Source: Deferribacterales bacterium
Lineage (GTDB): Bacteria > Chrysiogenota > Deferribacteres > Deferribacterales > Geovibrionaceae
Reading direction: 5' to 3'
Assembly: GCA_050251945.1 (NCBI GenBank)
Contig: JBFWLW010000007.1
Location: 32,001-96,000 of the forward strand
Length of the DNA: 64,000 nucleotides
The notes under the pieces are model-generated. The model worked only from the letters and a program-made list of their open reading frames with translations, did no database searches and was not told the origin of the DNA. The position numbers were made by a program, and so were the translations under genes. This document shows positions 1 to 8,436 of the stretch, in pieces (the first letter of the stretch is position 1; each line of letters opens with the position of its first letter).

Positions 1-91
1 TTCGCTGACGTATGTCGGGAATATAAATATGATCGCCGCCGACCTTGCCGCTTTTATAAACGACAAGTTCACAATGACAAGAACCGTTTAA
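1..91 (+). CDS. 3' end of a gene entering from the left (…SLTYVGNINMIAADLAAFINDKFTMTRTV*)
   Basis: Open frame from nt 2 to TAA at 89-91; product not identifiable. Confidence 0.4.
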   Translation, partial: SLTYVGNINMIAADLAAFINDKFTMTRTV

Positions 92-149
92 GAAGCTTTC
101 ACTGCCCGAAGGGGCATTGATATAACTTCTCTGCACCGCTCCGGTTGAC

Positions 150-824
150 TCACTCCCATCCGTGTTCCGGTGCAGAGGGGTTTTGTACCGTGAAGTGGTC
201 TGCTATCTCCGAAGGACATCCGAAAACTGCCTCCGCCTCTGCAAACTCATCCTTTTCACCGAATCCGTAAGAGACTCCGTATCCTTTTATCCCGTTGGCA
301 CGTGCACCGGCTATGTCATATATCCTGTCGCCGATCATTACCGTATTTGCAGGGTTGAGTTTTTCAGCGGTCAAAAGATGGGCGATGAGTCCGTCTTTTT
401 CGACATGGGTGCCGTCCAGACTGCTTCCGTATACGCTGTTGAAGAAACCGTCCAGTCTGAAATGCACCAGAATCCTTTCCGCGAAAACCTTCGGTTTTGA
501 TGTACAGACGAAAAGCTCGCAGCCGCCGTTTCTTATCCTTTCAAGTGCTTCCGCTATGCCTTCATATGGCGTGTTCTCGAACAGACCTACGGTTGAGAAA
601 CGTTCGCGGTAAATGCCCACGGCTGCCTGCGCCTCCTCTTTGTCCGACGTGCCGATAAGCTCCGCAAAGCTCTGCCAGAGAGGAGGACCGATATATTTTT
701 TAAGCTGCTGCCTCGGCGGGCAGGGGACATTCAGTTTTTCAAGGGCATATGCTATGCAGGCGGTGATGCCTTCCGACGGGTCTGTGATGGTGCCGTCCAG
801 ATCGAAGAGTATATTCTTTTTCAT
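150..824 (-). CDS. HAD-superfamily hydrolase (phosphoglycolate phosphatase/5'-nucleotidase-like)
   Basis: FDLDGT motif I, TSK, MIGDR motif. Confidence 0.9.
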   Translation of the reverse strand: MKKNILFDLDGTITDPSEGITACIAYALEKLNVPCPPRQQLKKYIGPPLWQSFAELIGTSDKEEAQAAVGIYRERFSTVGLFENTPYEGIAEALERIRNGGCELFVCTSKPKVFAERILVHFRLDGFFNSVYGSSLDGTHVEKDGLIAHLLTAEKLNPANTVMIGDRIYDIAGARANGIKGYGVSYGFGEKDEFAEAEAVFGCPSEIADHFTVQNPSAPEHGWE

Positions 825-863
825 GAGCCTTTATACAACAACGGACACAGGAAACAAGAAAAT

Positions 864-957
864 TGTGCAGATTATGCGCAGGTGTGCAGATTTGACACAG
901 TGGCTTGGGTGTAAGATATTGATTTTTATAGGTACTGTATTTGGCATATAGTTTGCG
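864..957 (+). promoter_or_regulatory. Sigma-54 promoter with IHF site and two tandem palindromic enhancer sites
   Basis: TTGGCATATAGTTTGC at 941-956 (GG/GC 12 bp apart); AATCAATATCTTA on the minus strand at 912-924; TGTGCAGATTATGCGCA (864-880) and TGTGCAGATTTGACACA (883-899). Confidence 0.7.
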
Positions 958-995
958 TGTTATGTATTGAAACAATTTACGAGAGGTTCAAAATC

Positions 996-1859
996 ATGAT
1001 TAAACAGGTTATCAGAAAAACTACATCCATGACGGCACTGTTTTCCTTTATCTGGCTTAGTTTCACAGGCATCATAATGTATTTTATGCCCCCCGGCAGG
1101 ATCGCCTACTGGGTTGACTGGCATATCTTCGGACTGAACAAAGACAACATCGGGCAGGCACACACAACAGTGTCCATGCTGTTTGTCGTTGCTATGGTGC
1201 TTCACGTCTGGCTGAATTTCGGTGCCATTGTCGGCTATATGAGAAGTAAAAGCAGAAAACTCATCGTTTTTACTCCCGAAACGACGGCAGGGCTTGTAAT
1301 CGCCTGCGTTGTCTTTTTCGGAACGCTGTACAGTGTTGCACCGTTTTCAACAGTGAACAATGCCCTCGCCGACTTTAAAGAGGATTATGAATATACCGTC
1401 GGAAACCCGCCGTACGGACATGCGGAACTCAGTACACTGCCTGTTCTTGCAGATCGTATGAAAATGGATATGAGCAAAATAGAGCAGATAATGCAGGAGA
1501 AAGGATTCACTTTTGACAACGAGTCAACTTTCAAAACCATAGCTGCTGAAAACGGTATGAACCCTGCGCAGCTTTATAAGATATTATCGCCTGCAAGGCA
1601 GAAGAAACAGCTTGTCGGCGAAGATGCCGGAAAGGTTGATATGTCTAAATATGAACACCTTCAGGGAAGCGGAATGGGGATGAAAACCATCGCTCAGGCG
1701 GCGGAGAACTGCGGGATAACCGCCGAAGAAGCCGTCTCGCGTCTGGCTGCAAGTTCCGTTCAGGTTTCCCCGTCAGATACGCTTCGGGATGCCGCCGAGA
1801 GAGCATCACTCACACCGATTGAAATATACGCTATCATTGATACCGGAAATAAACCATGA
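996..1859 (+). CDS. DUF4405-type membrane protein with soluble C-terminal domain
   Basis: Three N-terminal TM helices with His (AHTT, LHVWLN), PPYGHAEL motif; ATG 996 follows GAGG. Confidence 0.7.
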   Translation: MIKQVIRKTTSMTALFSFIWLSFTGIIMYFMPPGRIAYWVDWHIFGLNKDNIGQAHTTVSMLFVVAMVLHVWLNFGAIVGYMRSKSRKLIVFTPETTAGLVIACVVFFGTLYSVAPFSTVNNALADFKEDYEYTVGNPPYGHAELSTLPVLADRMKMDMSKIEQIMQEKGFTFDNESTFKTIAAENGMNPAQLYKILSPARQKKQLVGEDAGKVDMSKYEHLQGSGMGMKTIAQAAENCGITAEEAVSRLAASSVQVSPSDTLRDAAERASLTPIEIYAIIDTGNKP

Positions 1860-1977
1860 CAAAATGAAACAAAGAAATGACTTGTTTTATTATTTGAGGG
1901 GTATATTATATTTACAGGCGTAAGTCCTGAATTGAGCAGCAGGGTTTATGCTTTAATCTCACAGTCCCCTTATGTTG

Positions 1978-2011
1978 ATGGCCGCCGGAGCAAGCGGCCA
2001 TTTCCTTTTTT
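1978..2011 (+). terminator. Rho-independent terminator
   Basis: ATGGCCGC-8nt-GCGGCCAT followed by a T tract. Confidence 0.7.
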
Positions 2012-2236
2012 CTGACGCTTATATGCGTCGCTCTACTTTGTCAGCTCTCGCTCGGAACAGCTCACATACTTCTATGTATGCTCGCTGCCCTCTCACTCAT
2101 TCTTCCTCGTATAGCTCGCATCTAAGTGTCAGAATAATTTTTTGCCTTCCGCATCGAACTGCTTGCATCTAAGTGTCAGTAAGATATGGCTTACCGAATT
2201 GTCTCTGCGAGTCTGCAAAGCAGACGCGGCAGTCTC
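2011..2236. repeat. Composite palindromic repeat: family B (2011-2133, extra right end to 2179) plus family A (2201-2236)
   Basis: Terminal inverted TCTGACGCTTATATGCG/CGCATCTAAGTGTCAGA; GTCTCTGCGAG…GCAGTCTC unit. Confidence 0.7.
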
Positions 2237-2246
2237 TCTTTCCGGA

Positions 2247-3935
2247 TCAGTCAAGAACTCTGATGATGATTGATTCTCTTCCGCCTTTGGAATAGTAGAT
2301 TTCGTCGGTGATACGTCGTGAAATCTTTATACCCTTGCCGTCACTTTTTTCGCGGTCATACATCCACGTTTTCAGGATATGCGGGTCAAACCCCGTTCCC
2401 TCATCCTCTATGCGTATCACGATCGCTTTTTTATCCCAGAGCTTCTGTATGCCGATGGTTGTTGTTATCATTTTATCGGAATCGGCGGCGGCAATAAAAT
2501 CATCGTATATTCCCTGATTTATCATCAGGTATTTCTGACGGTTGTCCAGTTCCAGAACCGAGTGTTCAAACGAGTTCATCACCATCTCGGTGAAGGCGAG
2601 GGTGAGCATGTTCATTGTCTCAAAGTCGCTCTGCATAACAGTAAAACACTCTTCCGCCCATTCAATCGCCTTGCCTACGTTTTTAAGGCACGAATTGAAC
2701 CTGAACTGGCGGACGTCTTCAAGCTGTTCGTCTATCTTGAGAATATGGATACACGATATATCGTCTTCCGGTGTTTCCATGAGGCTTCCGACGTATTTGT
2801 GGAAGTCGGTTTTCATAGCACACGCCTGAAATCCTTCTGTGACCTTATCCACCATGGTTTCACCCTCGTGGCTTTTACATTCGTAAAGTCCGTCGGTTAT
2901 CACCATTAAGCCGAGAACGTCCCTTATCCCGTACTCGTCCGTGCGGAAATCGGTCATATATTTTGTCAGCGGCGGGTTGTTGCATTTGATGGTTTCAACC
3001 GTGCCGTCCTTCAGTTTGATATAAACGGGCGGCGAACTGAAACTTGCCACTTCCATATTCTCATTTATAAAATCCACGCGCATAAAAGTAATGGACAGTA
3101 TCTCGTCGTCAAGAAGTATACCTCTGATATAGTTATTGAAAACCTGTACGGAGTTTTTAAGCGGTCCTTTGATAACTTCCCTTTCGGTGTCTATGATGTG
3201 GTTCATGTATGCCGAAGTAAGAATGGACGTGACGGATGCGGACAGTCCCTTTCCCATGGAATCTGCAAGGAATATGAACAGCGAACCGTCGTCCAGCTTT
3301 CGTATGGAGTATATATCGCCGCTGAGGATATCCAGCGGCTTATAAAAGATGTTCAGATATACGCTGTAGTCTTCTCCGTAAACGTTTGACAGACCGAATT
3401 TTTCGAGAAAAAGGTCGTTCTGTATCAGGCTCAGTTCCTTTTTAAAAGCGTTAAGCTCCTGTTGGGAATGGTATTTCTCCTGATATTTCAGAAGTTCCAG
3501 TTCCTGTTTAAGGTTCTTTTCCTGAAGTTTCTGGTTTACGAAGGACTGCATTGATTTTTCAATTGCCTGATTCAGCTTTTTCGTATCAATGGGTTTTGAA
3601 AGGAACTGGGTGACGTTGTTGTTTATGGCTTCAACAAGTGCGTCTTTTTCTGTATATGCGGTAACGAGGATTATCGGAACGTCGGGATTTGTCTTGCGTA
3701 TCTCCTTTATCATGTCGATACCGTCCATAAATCCCATTCTGTTGTCGGTAATTACCAGATCAGGCTGGTATGCAAGGAACATCTCAAGTCCCTCTGTGCC
3801 ATCGGAAGCTTTGATGACGGATTTGAACTTTCTTGCAAGTTTAGCCCCGAGATATTCGAGAGCAAGGGGTTCATCGTCAACGCAGAGAACCACCAGTTCC
3901 CGCATAAGGTCGGTCATAATATTAATTTCGTTCAT
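2247..3935 (-). CDS. Response regulator receiver + PP2C (SpoIIE) phosphatase + anti-sigma-type HATPase kinase
   Basis: VDDEP…ITDNRM…SKP receiver; SGDIY, ADSMGKG, TDG, EDD PP2C motifs; EMVMNSFEH, IEDEGTGFD, GKG kinase motifs. Confidence 0.85.
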   Translation of the reverse strand: MNEINIMTDLMRELVVLCVDDEPLALEYLGAKLARKFKSVIKASDGTEGLEMFLAYQPDLVITDNRMGFMDGIDMIKEIRKTNPDVPIILVTAYTEKDALVEAINNNVTQFLSKPIDTKKLNQAIEKSMQSFVNQKLQEKNLKQELELLKYQEKYHSQQELNAFKKELSLIQNDLFLEKFGLSNVYGEDYSVYLNIFYKPLDILSGDIYSIRKLDDGSLFIFLADSMGKGLSASVTSILTSAYMNHIIDTEREVIKGPLKNSVQVFNNYIRGILLDDEILSITFMRVDFINENMEVASFSSPPVYIKLKDGTVETIKCNNPPLTKYMTDFRTDEYGIRDVLGLMVITDGLYECKSHEGETMVDKVTEGFQACAMKTDFHKYVGSLMETPEDDISCIHILKIDEQLEDVRQFRFNSCLKNVGKAIEWAEECFTVMQSDFETMNMLTLAFTEMVMNSFEHSVLELDNRQKYLMINQGIYDDFIAAADSDKMITTTIGIQKLWDKKAIVIRIEDEGTGFDPHILKTWMYDREKSDGKGIKISRRITDEIYYSKGGRESIIIRVLD

Positions 3936-4046
3936 AAATATCCGTCGGGGTGACAATTTTATTTTGATGAATTTCTGTCAGTTTCAGTTTATAATAACAA
4001 GAAGAAAAAATCAAAATAAAATGGCTTCCAGTTTTCAGGGGCGGAT

Positions 4047-4349
4047 ATGCATATTGAGTTTCCCGGCAAAAATACAATGCGGCTCAGCGGTGAGGTCAAT
4101 ACAATTGAAAACTATACCGAGATCAAAGACAGTATCCTGAAATTCATTACCACGGGCGAAAAGGAACTGATTATGGAGATAACCGATTCTATGACCATAA
4201 CGTCTTCCATAATAGGTTTTTTTACTAAAATAATACACAGGGACGGAATAAATCTGTCACTTTTGGTTCACGATCGTAGGCTTTACAGCCTGCTTGAGGA
4301 TCTTAACCTGATAAAACTGTTTAATGTCAGGCATGTCGACAATATTTAA
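4047..4349 (+). CDS. STAS-like anti-sigma factor antagonist
   Basis: 100 aa, LSGEV…ITSSIIG…LNLIKLF STAS pattern; divergent from the PP2C/kinase gene. Confidence 0.7.
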   Translation: MHIEFPGKNTMRLSGEVNTIENYTEIKDSILKFITTGEKELIMEITDSMTITSSIIGFFTKIIHRDGINLSLLVHDRRLYSLLEDLNLIKLFNVRHVDNI

Positions 4350-4408
4350 TTGGCAGGTTCTCATTTTGTTATTGTTATTGCCGTGATTTTCGGCTAAACC
4401 GAGATGAT

Positions 4409-6016
4409 ATGAAAAACAGAAACGTTATGATAGTGGAGGCGAAATCCGGTTCCACAGGCAATCTTGAAAATGCTTTCAGGGGGCTGATGTACGGTGTCCG
4501 AATCGTAAACTTCAGAACCGACGACCTCAGCGCCGAGGTCAAATCGTACATGCCCGACGCGCTCATAGTTGACATGACCGTCAACGCGGACAAGAACATC
4601 ATAGCCAAAGCATCTCTGGTGCAGGCAGAGCTCGGTGTTCCGGTCATATACTATACCGAAGCCATAAACAGCCGCACTCTGTACCAGACTATGAAAACCA
4701 ACCACTACGGTTATATTTATGCGCCTATTGACGAAACCACTCTCCAAACCACCATCGAACTTGCACTGCATAAATTCAAGAACGACACCTCCGTTAAAGA
4801 AAGCGAGCTTAAATACCGCGAGCTTTTTAATAATATGTCAAGCGGGGTCGCAATTTACGATCTCATTGAGTTCGGAAGCAAATATATTTTCACCGACGTG
4901 AACAACACCGCCTGTAAGCTTCTCAAAAGAGAAAGGACGGATCTTGTGTCGCGACCTATTACTGCCATATATAAAAACGCCCTGAAATACGGGTTCCTTG
5001 AATCCATCAATCAGGTTCAGGAGACGGGGCAGCCGCTTAAAGCGGACAAGATGTATTATGAGGATGATATCATCCGCGGCTGGTTCAACAGCTATCTTTA
5101 CAGACTGCCCTCCGGAAGCATAGTCCACATCTTTCACGACGTGACCGAGAAGATGGAAGCCGAAAAACAGCTGATGGATAAGCAGAAAGAGCTTGAGATA
5201 GTTAACCTTGAGCTTGCCAAGGCGGTTGTTGAGGAAACCGACAAGAGGAAGAAGAACGAGCAGATCATTTTTGAGCAGTCCAGATTCCTCGCCATGGGGC
5301 AGATGATAAGCGCAATCGCACACCAGTGGCGTCAGCCCCTTTCGGCTCTGGGGATAAACATTGAAGACCTTGAGGATGCTTACAACGCGGGCGAGCTTGA
5401 CGAGGACTATATCAAAGACCTTACAAAAGACTCCATGGCACTCATAAAGACCATTTCAAAGACAATGGACGATCTCAGCAGTTTCTTCCGTTCCGGTCAG
5501 GACGAGGAGAATTTCTCTGTGTTCAGGATGCTGGCGGAGGTTATTTCTCTGCAAAGCGCAAGGATTAAAAACAGCAACGTTTCGCTGGCGTTTACCTGTT
5601 TTGCGCAGCAGAAGTCTCTCCATGCGGATGAAACCAATATCGAACAGATGCTGGGTGATAACGACTTCATACATCTGAAAGGCGTTCCCGCAGAGTTCAA
5701 ACAGGTGATAATTAATATTCTGAACAATGCAGTGGATGCTATAATTGAGAAGAATACCAACGACGGCAGAATTTCCATAAAGGTTGAAGAGGCGGGCGAT
5801 ACCCTGAATATATATATAACCGACAACGGGTGCGGAATCGACGGCGGCATAGCCGAAAAGATGTTCGATCCGTATTTCACAACAAAGGCAGGCGGTTCGG
5901 GAATCGGACTTTATATGTCAAAAGTTATAGTTGAACAGCATATGCACGGCAGGCTCACAGCGGCTTCCATGCCCGCAGGAACTGTTATGACAGTCAGTCT
6001 TCCTTACAACCGGTAA
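4409..6016 (+). CDS. Sensor histidine kinase with degenerate N-terminal receiver and PAS domain
   Basis: AIAHQWRQPL H-box, NNAVDA, DNGCG, FDPYFTTK, GIGLY. Confidence 0.9.
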   Translation: MKNRNVMIVEAKSGSTGNLENAFRGLMYGVRIVNFRTDDLSAEVKSYMPDALIVDMTVNADKNIIAKASLVQAELGVPVIYYTEAINSRTLYQTMKTNHYGYIYAPIDETTLQTTIELALHKFKNDTSVKESELKYRELFNNMSSGVAIYDLIEFGSKYIFTDVNNTACKLLKRERTDLVSRPITAIYKNALKYGFLESINQVQETGQPLKADKMYYEDDIIRGWFNSYLYRLPSGSIVHIFHDVTEKMEAEKQLMDKQKELEIVNLELAKAVVEETDKRKKNEQIIFEQSRFLAMGQMISAIAHQWRQPLSALGINIEDLEDAYNAGELDEDYIKDLTKDSMALIKTISKTMDDLSSFFRSGQDEENFSVFRMLAEVISLQSARIKNSNVSLAFTCFAQQKSLHADETNIEQMLGDNDFIHLKGVPAEFKQVIINILNNAVDAIIEKNTNDGRISIKVEEAGDTLNIYITDNGCGIDGGIAEKMFDPYFTTKAGGSGIGLYMSKVIVEQHMHGRLTAASMPAGTVMTVSLPYNR

Positions 6017-6716
6017 TTATCAGACCGGCCTTTCCCATATCCATGTAACAGCTTACGGAGCTGTCTGAAATAATCTCTCTCCATGCCTGTTTCATTCCGT
6101 CCGACCATGAGATATCGTCGAAAATGATGTGCGCACCAGCCGCATAGGGCTTTATGGTGCGGAAATAGTTCACCGTCGGTTCGTATGCGTGATGTCCGTC
6201 TATGAAGACCAGATCGAAATGACCGTATTTTGAGAGAACGTCACCCAGAACGTCGGAAAATCTCCCGACGACCCGCTCAATATTTGATATGTCGAGAGTT
6301 TTGTGAACCTCTGCGGCAACTGCCGATATTTCCGGCGCACCTTCTATGGTGACTATACTGCTCTGTGGATTGCCGAGAGCCATATATGCCGATGAAAAAC
6401 CGCAGCATGTGCCTAGCTCCAGCACTTTCGCAGGTTTATAATATCCGGTCATCCCATACATGAAAGCTGCCCATGAGCCTTTCATACCCCAGCCGCACAC
6501 CTCGTTCAGTTCCTTTTCAACCGTGCGCCCTTCGTACATCTGCTCTGCGGAAAGCTGCATCTGCGGCTGTCCGGCGCCGTAATCTTTATAACTCAGAACT
6601 CTGCCGGATGCCCGCAATGAAGTGCGGATATCTTCTATCCTTTTAAAATCGGCTTCATCGGTTGTTATGCCGAAATGGGCAATCGCCTCTTCCGGTGTTG
6701 AAAAAGGTATGTTCAT
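5994..6716 (-). CDS. Class I SAM-dependent methyltransferase
   Basis: VLELGTCCGFS, FIDGHH, FDDI motifs. Confidence 0.85.
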   Translation of the reverse strand: MNIPFSTPEEAIAHFGITTDEADFKRIEDIRTSLRASGRVLSYKDYGAGQPQMQLSAEQMYEGRTVEKELNEVCGWGMKGSWAAFMYGMTGYYKPAKVLELGTCCGFSSAYMALGNPQSSIVTIEGAPEISAVAAEVHKTLDISNIERVVGRFSDVLGDVLSKYGHFDLVFIDGHHAYEPTVNYFRTIKPYAAGAHIIFDDISWSDGMKQAWREIISDSSVSCYMDMGKAGLIITGCKED

Positions 6717-8356
6717 CAGGAAGTAAGCTCTTCCAGAACCCTGAGTATTTCCGGCAGAAGCTGTTTCTTTCTGGAAAGAACGTCGGGAAGGAAAAACCTT
6801 TTGGGTTCTGTGGGCTTATATGCAAGAAGCTTCTCTGCGGCTTCGTGTCCGCTGGTGAGAAGCACTGATTCCTCTTTTATGATGTCGGTCACAAGGAGCA
6901 TGCACCAGTTAAGTCCTTTCTCCTTTTTGACCTCGTCAATAATTTTAAACAGTGCATCCTGCGTATCGTCGAGTTCCTCAAGGTTAACGACCTCAACCTG
7001 ACCGATGCCAACTGTCATTCCGTATTCATTGAATACTTTGAAGTCTGTACCGAGGATGTCTCTGGGTTCTCTTGCTTTCAGACTGTCTGTGGAGGAGAAC
7101 ATTTCCACGCCGTATTGTTTATAGTCAAGTTCCGCCAGTTCCGCTAGTTCCTGAACAGCCTGTTCGTCCTGAGGCGTTGTTGTGGGTGATTTAAGAATGA
7201 CCGTGTCGGAAAGTATCCCAGAAAGCAGGACGGATGCAGTCAGCTTGTCGGGAGTTTCGCCGCTTATCTTGAAAAGCTGATAGACAAGAGTGCAGGTGCT
7301 TCCCACCGGTTTCGCGAAGAAATGTATCGGAGTTTTTGTTTTTATGGTACCGAGCCTGTGGTGATCGACTATCTCTACTATGCGGGCTGATTCAGCGCCG
7401 TCGACAGCCTGTGTCAGCTCGTTGTGATCCATAAGTATCAGTTCTTTCTGTGCTTTTTTAATGATATCCGAACGGGTGAGGATACCTATCAGTCTGCCGT
7501 CGTTTGTAACGGGAAGCCCTTTGTGGTCAACGCCCATGAGAGTGTTGCTCGCCGCATCCAGATAATCTTCTGCGGAAAGCTCCGGCATATCGGTTGTCAT
7601 GAACGCCTTTGCGGGTATGCTCAACTGGAGGTTGCGCAGTGTTTCCGCCGTGTCCAGTTCAGAAACGTATACCCAGCCGTTGAAGGCTGAAAAATCGAAA
7701 TCTATATCATGTTCGCCGCGTATGCCTGTAAGCACAATGGCGGGAAGTCCGTTCTGGACGGCATATTCTATTATGTCGCGGCGTTTGCCAACGATGAGTA
7801 TGGTGTGCCGTTTGTCAACAGCCTCCATGCGCTCCACAAAGCGCTCATAGGGCATGGCACCCACCATGAATCCGGCGCGGAACTCGTCTTTTTCGCCGCG
7901 TATATGTGTATAGCCTTTGACTGATTTTTCAAAGTTGGAACCGCGGAATATGTATTCGGGACGCTTTGCAGGGTCTTCCGGTGTGAAGAAATGTGCGATC
8001 TCAAGGATGCTTATAACTCCGCAGAGTTTCACGCCGCCTGTTGTTACGGGTGTGATGCGTATCTTAAGTTCCTCGATATTGCGCAGAACCCCTTTAATGG
8101 GGTCGTTCTCGTCGATAGCGATAACTTTGTGGGTCATGACGTCTTTAACCTTCGTATAGACATCGCTGATGAATTTCGGGACTTCCGCGCCGAAACGCTC
8201 GAAAATGAATCTTGTCTGTTTGTTGATGTTTCCGCAGCGCGCGGGGGTATATCTCGTGCCGTCGTTCTGGCGGTTTTTGAGCTGTGCGTATGCGTATGCG
8301 GAGCAAACGGAGTCGCTGTCGGGGTTTTTGTGTCCGACGATGATTACTTCTGACAT
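6716..8356 (-). CDS. ppaC: Mn-dependent family II inorganic pyrophosphatase with CBS/DRTGG insert
   Basis: GHKNPDSD, DHN, DHH, SRKKQ motifs; CBS-like segments; start MSEVII at 8356. Confidence 0.9.
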   Translation of the reverse strand: MSEVIIVGHKNPDSDSVCSAYAYAQLKNRQNDGTRYTPARCGNINKQTRFIFERFGAEVPKFISDVYTKVKDVMTHKVIAIDENDPIKGVLRNIEELKIRITPVTTGGVKLCGVISILEIAHFFTPEDPAKRPEYIFRGSNFEKSVKGYTHIRGEKDEFRAGFMVGAMPYERFVERMEAVDKRHTILIVGKRRDIIEYAVQNGLPAIVLTGIRGEHDIDFDFSAFNGWVYVSELDTAETLRNLQLSIPAKAFMTTDMPELSAEDYLDAASNTLMGVDHKGLPVTNDGRLIGILTRSDIIKKAQKELILMDHNELTQAVDGAESARIVEIVDHHRLGTIKTKTPIHFFAKPVGSTCTLVYQLFKISGETPDKLTASVLLSGILSDTVILKSPTTTPQDEQAVQELAELAELDYKQYGVEMFSSTDSLKAREPRDILGTDFKVFNEYGMTVGIGQVEVVNLEELDDTQDALFKIIDEVKKEKGLNWCMLLVTDIIKEESVLLTSGHEAAEKLLAYKPTEPKRFFLPDVLSRKKQLLPEILRVLEELTS

Positions 8357-8436
8357 ATTGACCTCATGGAAAACGGATACCGGATTGGTGTGATTTATAG
8401 GATGAACAGCCGCGGATGTCAAGGGGGCGCGTTCAA

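Noticed and set aside
1972..2172. 66-aa ORF (and the similar 13583-13816 ORF)
   Set aside because: They run through terminator and palindromic repeat sequence, with no RBS or protein-like features
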